Part shown: positions 28,601-43,392 of the stretch, piece by piece
How the letters are laid out: each line of letters opens with the position of its first letter
How positions within the stretch are numbered: the first letter of the stretch is position 1
Assembly (NCBI RefSeq): GCF_009914755.1
Contig: NC_060926.1
DNA: 64,000 bases
Direction: 5' to 3' (one strand)
Origin: the human T2T-CHM13v2.0 reference genome, Homo sapiens
Notes under the pieces: model-generated
Database searches by the model: none
What the model was told of the DNA's origin: nothing
What the model saw: only the letters and a program-made list of their open reading frames with translations
Position numbers and translations under genes: made by a program

Positions 28601-29439
28601 CTGTAAAAATAAAATGCATTTAAAATTTATGCTTCCTGGCAAATAAAAAGTAAAATCTCAGTCTCTTATTAGTGCACTGAAATATTTGACATAGGCTTGC
28701 CACACTTCCATATACTGTGTAATTGGGATCCTTAACATTTTCATTATTATATTGTCTGTTAACAACTATTTCAAGTACTTAGTTTATTTATAGTTAATAA
28801 CAAAATATTTGAAGATAGCATGACTAGAAAAAGATAAATAGAGAAACAGATATATAAATGGTAAATAATTACATGCGGCCATGTGTCATGGTGACTTGTA
28901 GCTGCTACACATGTGCTTTTCTGTGAGAGACATAAGAGGAATTGTTCAACTCTTCACATCTGCTAGATACTGAGTCACTGAGTAGCAGTTCCTCAAAATG
29001 CTAAAGAGATAAAAAGTAGTGACTTGGGTTGAACTAAAGAATTATTACCTGTAGTGGTTAATACTGAGTGTCAATTTGATTGGATTGAAGGATGCAAAGT
29101 ATTGATCCTGGGTGTGTCTGTGAGGGTGTTGCCAAAGGAGATTAACATTTGAGTCAGTGGGCTGGGGAAGACAGACCCACCTTTAATCTGGTGGACACAA
29201 TCTAATCAGCTGCCAGCAAATATAAAGCAGGCAGGAAAACGTGAAAAGGCGAGACTGGCCTAGCCTCCCAGCCTATATTTTTCTCCTGTGCTGGATGCTT
29301 CCTGCCCTCAAACATTGGACTCCAAGTTCTTCAGTTTTGAGACTCGGACTGGCTCTCCTTGCTCCTCAAGCTTGCATACAGCCTATTGTGGGACCCTGTG
29401 ATCATTGATCATGTAAGTTAATACTTAATAAACTCCCCT

Positions 29440-29810
29440 TTATATATATATGTGTATGTGTATATATATATATATATATATAAATATACTATATATATGT
29501 AAATATATATAAATATATTTATATATGTAAATATATAAAAATATATTATATATGTAAATATATGTAAATATATATAATATATTATATATAAATATATATA
29601 ATATATTATATATATGTAAATATATATAAATATATATAATATATTATATATATGTAAATATATATAATATATAATATATTATATATATGTAAATATATAT
29701 AAATATATATATCTATATATGTAAATATATATAGATATATATACACACACATATATATATATATACACACACATATATATATATATATATACACATATAT
29801 ATATATATAT
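29440..29810. repeat. Expanded (TA)n / TATATGTAAA low-complexity tract
   Basis: Directly visible. Confidence 0.9.
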
Positions 29811-29967
29811 GAAGGAAGTAGAGATGCAAGTAAATTTAACAGAGGAAATACAGATACTAGCCCAAACTATTTTTACCACCACTGATCAAGTTATGGGGTG
29901 ATGTATTAGTCAGGGTTCCCTAGAGGGACTGAACTAATAGGATATATATATATATATATATATATCT

Positions 29968-30505
<538 letters not shown>

Positions 30506-30663
30506 CCTATTAGTTCTGTCCCTCTAGGGAAGCCTGACTAATACATTACCCTATAACCTGATCAGTGGTGGTAAAGATAGTTTGGGCCAGTATCTGTATT
30601 TCCTCTGTTAAATTTACTTGCATCTCCACTTCCTTCATCCAATGGGGCAGAGACAGTATTTAA

Positions 30664-30972
<309 letters not shown>

Positions 30973-31000
30973 TGTCTCTTTAAATGAGTCTAGTGTTGTA

Positions 31001-32012
31001 TGTTGCGGGAAGTCAGGGACCCTGAACAGAGGGACTGGCTGGAGCCACGGCAGAGGAACATAAATTGCGAAGATTTCATTTTAACATGGACATTTGTCAG
31101 TTCCCAAATTAATACTTTTATACTTTCTTATGACTGTCTTACTTTGATCTCTTAATCCTGTTATCTTCGTAAGCTGAGGATGTACGTCACCTCAGGACCA
31201 CTGTGATAATTGTGTTAACTGTACAAATTGATTGTAAAACATGTGTGTTTGAACAATATGAAATCAGTGCACCTTGAAAAAGAACAGAATAACTGTGTTT
31301 TTAGGGAACAAGGGAAGACAACCATAAGTTCTGATTGCCTGCGGGGTTGGGCAAAAAGAGCCATATTTTTCTTCTTGCAGAGAGCCTATAAATGGACGTG
31401 CAAGTAGGGAAGATATCACTAAATTCTTTTCCTAGTAAGGAATATTGATATTAATACTCTGGGAAAGGAATTCATTCCTGGAGAGAGGTCTATAAACAGC
31501 CACTCTGGGAATGTCTGTCCTATGCAGTTGAGATAAGGACTGAGATACGCCCTGGTCTCCCACAGTACCCTCAGGCTTACTAGGATTGGGAAACTCCATC
31601 CTGGTAAATTTTAGGTCAGACAGGTTCTCTGCTCTCGAACCCTGTTTTCTGTTAAGATGTTTATCAAGACAATATGTGCACCACTGAACATAGACCCTTA
31701 ACAGGAGTTCTGATTTTGCCCTTGTCCTGTTTCCTCAGAAGCATGTGATCTTTGTTCTGCTTTTTGCCCCTTGAAGCATGTGACCTACTCCCTGTTTGTA
31801 CACCCCCTCCCCTTTTGAAATCCTTAATAAAAACTTGCTGGCTTTAAGGCTCAGGTGGGCATCATGGTCCTACTGATATGTGATGTCACCCCCGGCGGCC
31901 CAGCTGTAAAATTCCTATCTTTGTACTCTTTCTCTTTATTTCTCAGCTGGCCAACACTTACGGAAAATAGAAAGAACCTATGTTGAAATATTTGGGATGG
32001 GTTCCCCCGATA
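31001..32012 (+). mobile_element. MER11 (HERV-K11/HML-8) solo LTR
   Basis: TGTTGCGGGAAGTCAGGGACCC start, GGTTCCCCCGATA end, 6 bp TSD GTTGTA at 30995-31000 and 32013-32018, internal AATAAA. Confidence 0.9.
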
Positions 32013-32156
32013 GTTGTATGTCCCATTACATTTATCTACTAATTGCTAAAATATTTTATAACCAAATGTATTAATCGCCCACATTTTGTCCTTTGCATTC
32101 AACCTACAATATGGATGAATATATAATTAATAAGGAAAAGTCAAAAGTGTACTTAC

Positions 32157-32435
32157 TACTTGAAGCAGAGAAAGGAAACCATTTCCAACATTATCAAAGT
32201 TCATTTTTGCATTTTCCCATAGCATGGATTCGTTAAACAGAAGGCTTTCACACCGACTCTTATTCATGACTTCAGATGAAGGAAACCTTTCTCCACTTGT
32301 TGGGTCAATGCATTCATAGAATCTGCCAGCAAATAAGTCTACTCCCATGATACTAAAAATCAGCCAGATCATCAGGCAGACAAGAAACACATTCAAAGTG
32401 GGTAAGGTTGTTTTGATCAAAGCTCTCACAACCAC
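32157..32435 (-). CDS. SCN7A: SCN7A exon, DIII S5 and extracellular loop (VVVRALIK...NFDNVGNGFLSLLQV)
   Basis: 279 nt with AG/GT ends; matches ORF 32127..32435. Confidence 0.96.
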
Positions 32436-32641
32436 CTGGTATATATAAAAAATGTAAACTTTAGATAGGAAATCTGAAACTGTTTTAGTTTTTGATCAGT
32501 TTGAAAAATACTAATTGATAGAATAACATATTTAAAAAAAAACCTTAAAAGGCCATATCTAAAGATTTAACAGCCCACATGCTGGTACTGGAATAACCTA
32601 AATAGCAATTCAATTTTTATTTAGAAAATACACTCAAATCA

Positions 32642-32981
<340 letters not shown>

Positions 32982-33514
32982 TCATTAAATGGCAACAGAG
33001 CTAATTAGTACAAATACTAGAATAAATAATTATTTTGCTGGCTTAATATATATATATATATATGCTTATTGATGTCCTGTATCATGCCAGAAATGATCAT
33101 TCAAGATAACTGAACCCATGTGTATGTATGAGATTATTTTAAAATATATATATTATATATTTTAAGTGAAATATAATATGTGAAAGAGTAGTTAGGGGAA
33201 TCAGAAGACCAATAGTTTGTACTGTCAATGAAGCCAAGAGAAGAGATTGCTTCAGGAAATTAAATGGGTTGCTGTACGTCACAAAGATTCAATCCTCACT
33301 GAACCATTTGGTGTCACTGGTGAGTCACTCCAGAGTATGAAGCTTGGGAGATGAATCTGCCACCTAAACTTGAATACCAGCAATAATCTATAATCACTGT
33401 CATTATTTCCTCAACTGACTTCACTCTTTAAAATTCAAATCAGAATTGTATTCTTATTACTCCACTGAAGCTGCTACGGCAAATGCAAATCAGTTGCTAT
33501 ATCTAATATAATAA

Positions 33515-33900
<386 letters not shown>

Positions 33901-34811
33901 TGATTTCCCTCTCCTGACCTTCTTTCACTTTCTTCCTGAGGCACCACTGATTCTGTTTTCTACCATTCTAACCTTCCCTTCCTTCAGCCATTACTAGATA
34001 CTAATCCTTTTGCCTGCATACTCTTCCTTATGTTCCATAGTTGCCTGTCTTTGAATTAATATTTAGGCTTTTAACTATGATTTCAGTAACACTTTTATTT
34101 CTAAAACTAGATCACAGATCTTTTGTTAATACTTTTAAATATTTTGAAAGGTCCATTAATTGTTCTGCTGAAGAAAAATGCCATGTCTTTTAGAAAATCT
34201 ACATATAAAGAATAAAAAGAGTGGATATAGTTGACACATATATTTGAAAAGTAGACAGCACCTAAGACCTTAAACTTATTAAATACATAAATCATTAATT
34301 TTGTAAGCATGTAACTTCCTAATATACTCAATGATATATCTTCAGAGATAATTTACAGAACTTCCAGAGGTGGAGATGAGGCTTCAGGTCTGAACCTGAC
34401 TTTGACCTAAGCATGGCTACTATTTTCCTGACCTTGAATTGTCCACAGCCATTGTTTCATTGCCATTCTAATGAATGTACAGCATTAAATGGTACAGGGC
34501 CTAATTTCTGACAGAGTCAGTTTCCCTGGCAAATCTCTTCCTCCTTTTCTCTAAATTGGGGCAGACAACTTGCTGATTTTGTTACTTTTTTTTCCTCCCT
34601 ATATGTCTAAACTTATTAGGAAAAAGAACTGGTATTATCCCGTTTTTTGAAAATAAAAAAGAGTTTATTTTAGTTACATATTTACTTAGGGGGGTGTGTG
34701 TGTGTGTGCATGTGTATTTTGAGTAAATAGGCCCTCTGTAGTTTACATGTCAGAATATTCTATAATGTTTTCCTATCACTAAACTGTATTTATACTGGAA
34801 ATGTGGCTGTC

Positions 34812-35116
34812 TTTTTTTTTTTTTTTTGAGACAGTCTCACTCTGTCACCCAGTCTGGAGTGCAGTGGAGCAATCTCGGCTCACTGCAGCCTCGACCTCCC
34901 AGCCTTAGGTGATCCTCTCACCTCATCTCACCTCAGCATCTCAAGTAGCTGGGACTACACTTGCACACACCACACCTGGCTAATTTTTGTATTTTTTGTA
35001 GAGACAGGGTCTTACTGTGTTACCCGGGCTCGTCTCAAACTCCTGAGCTCAAGCAATCTGCTGGCCTCGGTCTCCCAAATTGCTAGGATTAGAGGTGTAA
35101 GCCACCGTGCCTAGGC
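34812..35116 (-). mobile_element. AluJ
   Basis: Diverged reverse Alu with J-type features. Confidence 0.85.
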
Positions 35117-36639
35117 TGTTTTGTCATTTTAACTTCAATCTTATCAAACCATTCAACCACCTTATTTTCAGCTTATTTGCCACCTTATTTTGGTTTAAAA
35201 GCACTGGGCAATATCACCACCTTGTGGATCTTCATGATATGGTTAAATGAAGTCTGTTTCTTATTATATGTTACAATTACTATTTTAGATTTTTTGTTTT
35301 TGAGGTGTATAATTGGAATTTTGCCACATTTGGAATTTTATGTATTTACTACATAATCAAAATATTAATTTCCCAACACAAATAAATCAAATGTATTTAA
35401 GAAACAGATAGATCAGGCCTAAGTACTATTATAATGAGTCAACGATACATTTGTATGAATTACAAGAATATTATAATGAATCACGGGCTAAGTATACATA
35501 TACAAATATAACTAATGTACTTAAGTACTTTACACAATCATAAAAGTGAAATTATTAAAATTTCTGAAATTATTTTTTTAAATAAAATACATATTTAAAA
35601 TCATTTATATTTCTGTTTGTATTTATAGAGAAAAATAAACATCCACATTTCACCAAGTGGAAGGAGTTTAAGTGTTATGGTTTCTTAATTAATAACAGTT
35701 TAAATGTAACACATAATACAATAAACTATAGGGATAAAGGTTAAACGTTAATAATTTTCTCACTGGATTCTACCATAGCAATGAATATGTGATATTACGT
35801 AGTAATTAAAGTGGCAGACTGATATGAAAAAAATCTATGTAAATAAAAATGCAAAAACACATAAATGTATTATAAAATAAAAGGTACATTTGAACGTATT
35901 CTCCCATTTCTGTATACAATGGGTCACTGTATAGCTACATACTTATACTACTTGTGGTGGTCACAGACTCCATTTTTTTCTATTAGGTCGAGCATTATGG
36001 GATTTCCATTTCAGGTACAAAAGATTGAACACCGGCCTTTTATAATATTCAATCTATTTTCTTTACATTTTTCAGACATTGGCCATTTTATAATATTCAA
36101 TCTATTAATTTTCTTTACATTGTTCAGAAGAGGTTTTAACATGTGAGTGATGAAGACAGGAGAGGTAAGAAATCATCACTTGTGATTGTGACATTAAAAA
36201 AGTAAATTTATCTTAAAATTCAAACTTTTCTTTCATTCAGTGAGTAACCACTTAGGGTATACAATGTTTGTATAATTTTAAAGTTTGTTAACTGATCCAA
36301 GTTTCATTTTCTGACAACCGTATTTTTAAAATGGAGACAATTTTGGTAATATGCATATGTATATGGGGTAGAAATATATTTTTAAAACTATATTTTCTCT
36401 CTCAAATACTAGTTTCTTTTACTTGTCTGTATTGGTTTTTATACTTTATGAGGAATAAGAACCTAGAATCTTAATAAACATACCTATTCCTCTCTATTTC
36501 TAAGCAATGAAACGTAAAGTTTTTGTTGTATTAATACTGTTAAAGGTACAAACGAGAAGAAAACAAAGCTTCCCAATTTGTGCAAATTTAGTAATTCCAA
36601 ATAAAAATTTGTAGATTAGCTTAGAAACTTATCTCTTAC

Positions 36640-36747
36640 CTTCATTCTTTCAAATTGAGATAGAACTCTGAGGGGCCGAAGGAATTTCATGGAAATAAGA
36701 GGTTTTAGTTCTTCCCGAGTTTTGCCTATTAAGCTAAGACAAAACAC
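36640..36747 (-). CDS. SCN7A: SCN7A exon, DIII S3-S4 (VFCLSLIGKTREELKPLISMKFLRPLRVLSQFERMK)
   Basis: 108 nt with AG/GT ends; contains the LRPLR S4 motif. Confidence 0.95.
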
Positions 36748-37654
36748 CTATATATTTTTTTTAAAAAAAGAGTGAATAGGATTCCATATTAATCAAAATA
36801 ACATGTAAAATAAACTTTGCATTTATTACAACAGATATATACAATAAAAGCTTACCAGTAAATTCGTGAATTATTTTTACATATACTTCAAAATACATTA
36901 ATAATCACAGAAAGTTATAAGAAAATTATTGAGTGTTAAAATCACTTTAAAAAGATAAAACTAAACTGTTTTCTGGTAATAAGGAACATATTTTAGTGAG
37001 ATAAATAAAAGTTGTATATTTTATACTCTTTATGATCAATGACATATCTTTTTTGTTTGAAATTAGATTAAGAATCAGTTTCATAATTACTTGTAATACA
37101 GTAATCATATGCAGTATATTCATTAAAACAAAATAAGAAATATAGTTACACATGCATTCATATACAAATATGGTTAAGACAATATACATGATAGGCTTTC
37201 AGAGGATAGGCATCAAGGAAGATATGAATATTGTTAAGTCAAAAGTACACACATTACAAAAAAGTATAACCAGATACTAAGGTAATCTTTAAAAGTAAAT
37301 ATATTAAAGGTTAATAAATGTTCATAAATACTAAGGTGGTAAAGCTAATATTAACTTTTATTATATCCAGATTTTTCTACATTTTCAAATCAACATTATG
37401 AAAAATTTCTTCTTTTTACCCTTTACTAAAGAGACAGCCTTGAAGTAGGCTTTGAAGTTTGGGTATTATTTTCATAAGCATGAAGGAATCTAGACACAGA
37501 ACAGTGACTAGGAAACAGGAAGGCGAGTTGCAGGCATAGTATGATTTGGCTAGAGCTGAAGGCTAATTTGAAAGAGTGAACTTAGGAAAGAGAGGTCAGC
37601 TATTTTAAATCATTAATTGTAGATTGGGGAGCTTCTATCATTGTTTATAGAATA

Positions 37655-38440
37655 GAGAGCCATTCATTCATTCAACAAAAATACTGAGAACCTTCTAATA
37701 TGACAGAAATTGTTCTAGGCACATGACTTAAAGGAGGGAAGAAAACCAAGAAAAAATTCTACCCTAATGGAACTTAAACCTTAGTGGGAGAAAACAGACA
37801 ATAACAAAATAAATGAACAAATGGTACAATATTAATAAGGGGTATGGAGATGAAGAAAGCAGACAAAGAGAAAGGGAGTATTGGAGTGGCTGCAGTTTAA
37901 ATAGTGTTGTAAGGAAAGACCTTCAAAGGTTTCATTTTGGCTAAGGCATCAATGCCAGCCAAGGTTCCAGCTGGAAGGAAAAATAAGTGCACAGGCACTA
38001 AGATGAAAATAATCTTGGCATATTTGAAGTGCTCCATGAAGGCTGGTGCTGGTGGATCAGTAAATAGACCTGGACAGGGGGAAGGAAGCATAGCAGGGAA
38101 TATGTTGGATTACACAGATACTTGTAGAGCATTGATTGCAAAGATTGTTGATTTTACCCTGAATGAGATGGGTGTTTAACATAAGGTTTCAAGAGAAGTG
38201 ACATGAGCTGACTTCCATTTCACAACAGTTACTCTGGTTGCTATGTGGAAAACAGAATGATGGTATGCAGGGCAGAAGCAGGGACACCACTTTGGAATCT
38301 ATTGTAGAGATCTAAGTGAGAAATTTGGGGAGTTTGGATCAGCCCTGCACTTGTGAACATCATAAGTAGTCTAATTGTGATATATGATTAAGAGTTAAGC
38401 CAACAGAAGAACTTAAAGATTTTAGGGTGCTGATATCATC
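37655..38440 (-). mobile_element. L2 fragment
   Basis: cattcattcattcaacaaaaatactgag terminal signature followed by typical purine-rich L2 sequence; boundaries approximate. Confidence 0.65.
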
Positions 38441-38708
38441 AAGATACTGTGCAACAAACTTACATGGTTAACAGTAAATTCAAGGTGATTATTATAATAA
38501 CCCAGGAACAAAGTGTTGAACTTTTAAAATTTTGGAATAAGAAGAAAATGATAGATGTTAAATATTACAAACTAAGAAAGGTGTCATGTACCAACAATGT
38601 AGAGAGAGAGGGAAAGGAAAGATATAACAAACTGACAGGAAGTGAAAGAGTAAGAGTGAGGAAGAAAAAGTAAATCAAATAGCCTTTCATTTTCTTTAAA
38701 ATACGTAC

Positions 38709-38882
38709 AATAACAACCACGAAGTCCAGCCTGTACCAGCCATTAGAGAAATAGGCCTTAAAACCATATGCCATCCATTTTAGAAGCATTTCCAGAATGA
38801 AGATATAAGTAAAGATCATGTCAGCATATTCTAATAAAATTTTAATTGTCTTTCTCTGATCCATATATATATCTTCAAAAGC
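38709..38882 (-). CDS. SCN7A: SCN7A exon, DIII S2-S3 ([21 protein letters not shown]...RLDFVVVI)
   Basis: 174 nt, AG acceptor and gtacgt donor; overlaps ORF 38565..38864. Confidence 0.96.
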
Positions 38883-40309
38883 CTGTGGGTAAAAATAAAA
38901 AAATAAGGATTAGGTGTACAGGTAATTTCTAAAAACTCTTTTGACATAAAAGCGAACAAAATTTTGTCTCTAATAGGCATATGGTGAGCACTGTCAGAGA
39001 TTGTAGGCTCCAGGGCTGGTTCACTATGCTTGTACTTATTGACATAATCTATAAGTATTATTATTTGACCCCATGCCTACGCCAGACATCATTAATTGAT
39101 CCCAGAACTAGTTCTTATATAGGCTGAACCTGGCTTCATAATTGTTTTAAATAGCGATCCAAAAATCCCCTCCAAAATCAGTTAATCAAACTTAACACAA
39201 GAGTCAAAACCTTTAGTCACATCTGACATGGATCTTATATGTAATTCCAGGTAGCCAACTCACAGATATATGCCACTTACTCATAGAGAAACAGATATGT
39301 TTTTAAAATGTCTTTAGAAATCCATAAGGCTATCAGGTAAACCAGTTGAAATGCTGACGATTAATTAAAACTATAACTGTTTCTCCAAAGCTTCTCAGTT
39401 TTAATGTCAACCTTAATTTGACTATGGAATATGTAAAGTCTAATCATGTCATTGAAAGCAATTTCATAAATATTTTAGCACTGAAAACAGGCAGGCAGGC
39501 TTTCAATATCAATATACATAAGAGGACAAAAAGCAAGCAAGGATTAAAATAATCTCATATAAAGAATGATGTGATTCTTAAAACCTACTGTTAAATGGAA
39601 GTAAATACAAAATAACAATAGATTTTATGACTTTTAATTGAACAAATTACTGTGTAAATGAGTCCATAAAGATTATAAAGTTCTTAAAAATTTTATTTTG
39701 TTACATGTATTTATTTTTCAATTATTCAGGTACATAATGCAAAATATAATAAAAAGATGTTCAAAAGCCTCCACTTCAATTAGCATGGGTAGAGTAGATT
39801 TTACCAGACCAATGATCCTGCTGCAAAGAACCAGAAAAACAGTACGAAGTTTAAAAAGCATTTGTTTTTAAAGGCATCACAGAGCTGCTGTATCAACAAA
39901 GAGCAGATGGGCCCTAATTGTAGAAAGGAGAAGGTCAAGAATATGTTCAGAACAAAAAGATTTAACATGTAAATTCTAATAAAAATAAAGCTAGTAACAA
40001 ATTAGGCAAGATACGTAACTTAGGATAGTTCATAATAATAGAGGGATCAGTACTATAAGTATACATCTGTATGTCCAAAATAATGGGTCATCAAAATATA
40101 TAAGGCAAAACTGATGACACCAAAAGAAGATTTAGAAAAAAAAGCAATCATAGTGGGATGATTTAACACATTATATCTATAGCCAACCAAAGAAAAACAT
40201 CTTTGCTAGATCACTAAGGCTCCCATCGTAGATGGGAACGATGGAAATCACAAACTATAATTGCACCCAGCTACATCATTTGACACATGCTTTTCAAGTA
40301 CATGTTGAA

Positions 40310-42070
40310 CACTGTAGTAGATGCTGGAGTTGCCCACCAAGAATTCCCTTACTGGCATACCTAACTATTCCACAGCAACCGAGTGTTGCTTGATAACACA
40401 CAACTGAAGCCCTTCTGGAGAACTGCCTCTGCTAAACAAGAGCCACCCCGCCTGAGAGGCAATGTTTCCACTCCTAGAGGGACCCAGCACAATCAACGGC
40501 TGAGTGGAATAGAGATATAAATGCCAGCTCCCTTTTGTCACTCAAGGTGAAATTGCGCGGTGCAGTCTGGGCTCCAGAGCCTCCCCACAAGATCAAGCTG
40601 AATTGAGTCTTTCTTGAGGATTATGAAGAGGCCTACAATAGGGTAGGTGTCTTTTAAAAACTCTCTTTAAGGTCTACCTCTACCTCCTCTCTTGGCCACC
40701 TGATGCATAAATAGAGACAACTCTCTTCATACAGTGGCCTGGGAAGTACTAAGACTGCTAAGGAAGGAGAAGGATTGTATACCAGAAAACCTGGTACCTA
40801 TGCAAGACCTAGAAACATGTACTAGCAGGAAATGGAGGAGCTTTCCTGGTAGTGTATCTAGAGAGGGCTGCTTATTAGTTTCCTATTGTGACTGTAACAG
40901 ATTACCACAAATTTAGAAGCTTAAAAACAACACAACTCTATATACTCTCATTCTTGATGTCAGAAATCACTGGGCTAAAATCGAGGTGATGAGAAGGCTA
41001 GTTCCTTTTGGTGGCTCTGAGGGGTCTCAGTTCCTTCCTTTTTCAGCTTCTAGTGACTACTTATACACTTTGGCCTGTGGTGCATTCTTCTGTCTTCAAA
41101 GGATGACACCCGAATCTCTGCTTCTATCCTCACATCACCTTCTTTTCTGACACCAACTCCTCCAGCATCTCTTTTGCCCGAACCATTGTGATTATATTAG
41201 GCTCAGCTAGATAATTCAGGATAATCTCCCTGTCTCAAGATCTTTAACTTGATCAGATCTGTGATGACCCTTTGCCATATAAGTTAATATTCAAAGGTTC
41301 TGGGGATTATGTCATGGACATATTTGAGGACCATTTATCAGCCTACAGGCTGGATCAAAGGGGATAGAATGTGAAGCTGGATAAAAGGAATAATGTGTTG
41401 ACATGGGGGTCACAGTTAACTCCAGCACCACAGGAGTTAACATCATATTGATTCATTATATTGATGATATCATGTTAATCAGACCTGATGAACAAGAAAT
41501 GGTAAGTTCTCTAGATGCTTTAGAGAGACATATGTGCCTCCTACTCTAAGAAAGAGATACAACGCCTGGTAGACCTCTTTAGGATTTGAAAGCAAAATTT
41601 CACACTTGGGAATATTGATCCAAAGACGCATTATCAGGTGATGCAGAAGATTGCTATTTTTCAGTAGAATCTGATGCAACAAAAGATACTAAAATAGGTT
41701 GACTATATTCTAAGCAGCCTTTCCATTTGAGCCATGTGAAGATCCATGATGCTAGCAGAATCTGTGATGGAGAAAGGCGTAGTATGGAGTATCTGGCAAG
41801 CCCCCTAGCGGGTATTTGTGTTTCCCATTCTCTCAACCTTAGGATAGGTGGACTCTGGGGTCTTTGCTCCCAGAATAGGGCATTAGGAGACATAGTATGT
41901 CTCCTACTAAAATTCAAGCTTAGATGTCATTTGCTTAATTTTTGATTTCTTGTACCAGTCAACTAGTAAGAAAGAAAGAAGTTACCATACCAGCAAGGAT
42001 AATTGACTCTGATCATTATGAGGAAGTGGGATGCTGTAACAAAATGAGAGGAAGAAGAAATACAAAAGTA
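40310..42070 (+). mobile_element. Ancient ERVL remnant (LTR16-like LTR plus pol fragment), interrupted by an MLT1 LTR at ~40865-41346
   Basis: RT motif HYIDDIMLI (YIDD at 41457-41468); MLT1 signature tattagtttcctattgtgactgtaacagattaccacaaatttag. Confidence 0.7.
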
Positions 42071-43237
42071 ACACACAGTTTGAATCTATTTTTATTAAGT
42101 CTGAAATGGATAAAACTAATCTATGGCAGTTGAAGTCCACATGCTGGCTACCCTTGTGGAGTAGGGAAGTAACTGAGGGGTAAGAGTGTTGTTCTGGCAT
42201 CCTGGTAAATGTTCTGTTTCTCAATCTAAGTCACAAACGTGCATTCACATTGTGAAAATCATTCCTGCTGCACACCCATGGAGAGTTTTCAATATGTGTG
42301 GTAAATAACACAAAATTTATTTAAAAATATAGGCAGTGCAAAGTCCAGTTCACAACCATGACTCCATCTTCTGTGTTCTGTGCACCTCACAGTTAACTAG
42401 ATCTTGTATGTAAGAATTCTCCTTAAAAGATCTCTGATCTTCTTTAATCAAATACAAACAAATACCAATATACATTCTATTTTTATTCCTTTCCTATATA
42501 AAAGGCAGAGTGCCATACACTTTATTCTACACCGTTCTTTTTCCACTTATTACTACATCTTGATGAATTGTAAATATGCACATAGCTTCTGAATTTTTAA
42601 AATAGCTGCACAGAGTTCCATTGGATGATTTTTCATAGTATAAAGTCAGCTATTACAGACCTTCTTTTCTAACCCTTTGCTATTATTACAAAACATTCTT
42701 CAGTGAATTACCTTGTAGAACCATTTAATGTGCAGATATTTGTAGAATATTTTTAGAATTAAGATTCTGAGCGCAGAGTTAAGATTGTAGGGTCAAATAC
42801 ATTTGTAGTTCACAGACCCTTTAAAGCATATGCAATAGTTCCCTTTCCTTTGATAGGTACCAAAGTACAAGCATATTATAGCAGTTTTGGATGTGCAAAT
42901 CATTAAAATGTTTCATACATGAAAATTCATTAAAATCAGAAGAATCCGGTATCTATTCACATTCCATTTCCCACTGTCACTCATATATTTTGGAATTCAA
43001 TATTGCAAAATAATATATTAAAAATCAATATTAAATTTAATATTGAATGATGCATATATAAACTTTCTAAGAAAGTATATTATTTAGATTTTAAATCACA
43101 GATTATGAAATTTGGTGCTATTTGGTGCTATACTAAATATCCTTGGAAATGTAATCCTGGTTTTGACTTTCTGAATTAACAGAATCATGATACATTTGTC
43201 CCCAGCAAAGTATCAAACACCCTGGCTGCCCACTTAC

Positions 43238-43392
43238 CAGAGTGCCAGTGCTGAGCAGAGTAACAAGCCCAATAAAACACTTAAACCAATTGTTCTCTAC
43301 AATCTTGCAGCAGGTTTTCCTGATGTTCTGCCAGATTTTTCCTTTCTTGGATGCTCCACTGATTTGACCAAGTGAAGATCCGCGTCTGCAAC
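43238..43392 (-). CDS. SCN7A: SCN7A exon, pre-DIII and DIII S1 (GCRRG...KIWQNIRKTCCKIVENNWFKCFIGLVTLLSTGTL)
   Basis: 155 nt with AG/GT ends; lies in ORF 43133..43399. Confidence 0.95.

Noticed and set aside
29606-29882. YI-repeat ORFs
   Set aside because: Translations of the (TA)n microsatellite.
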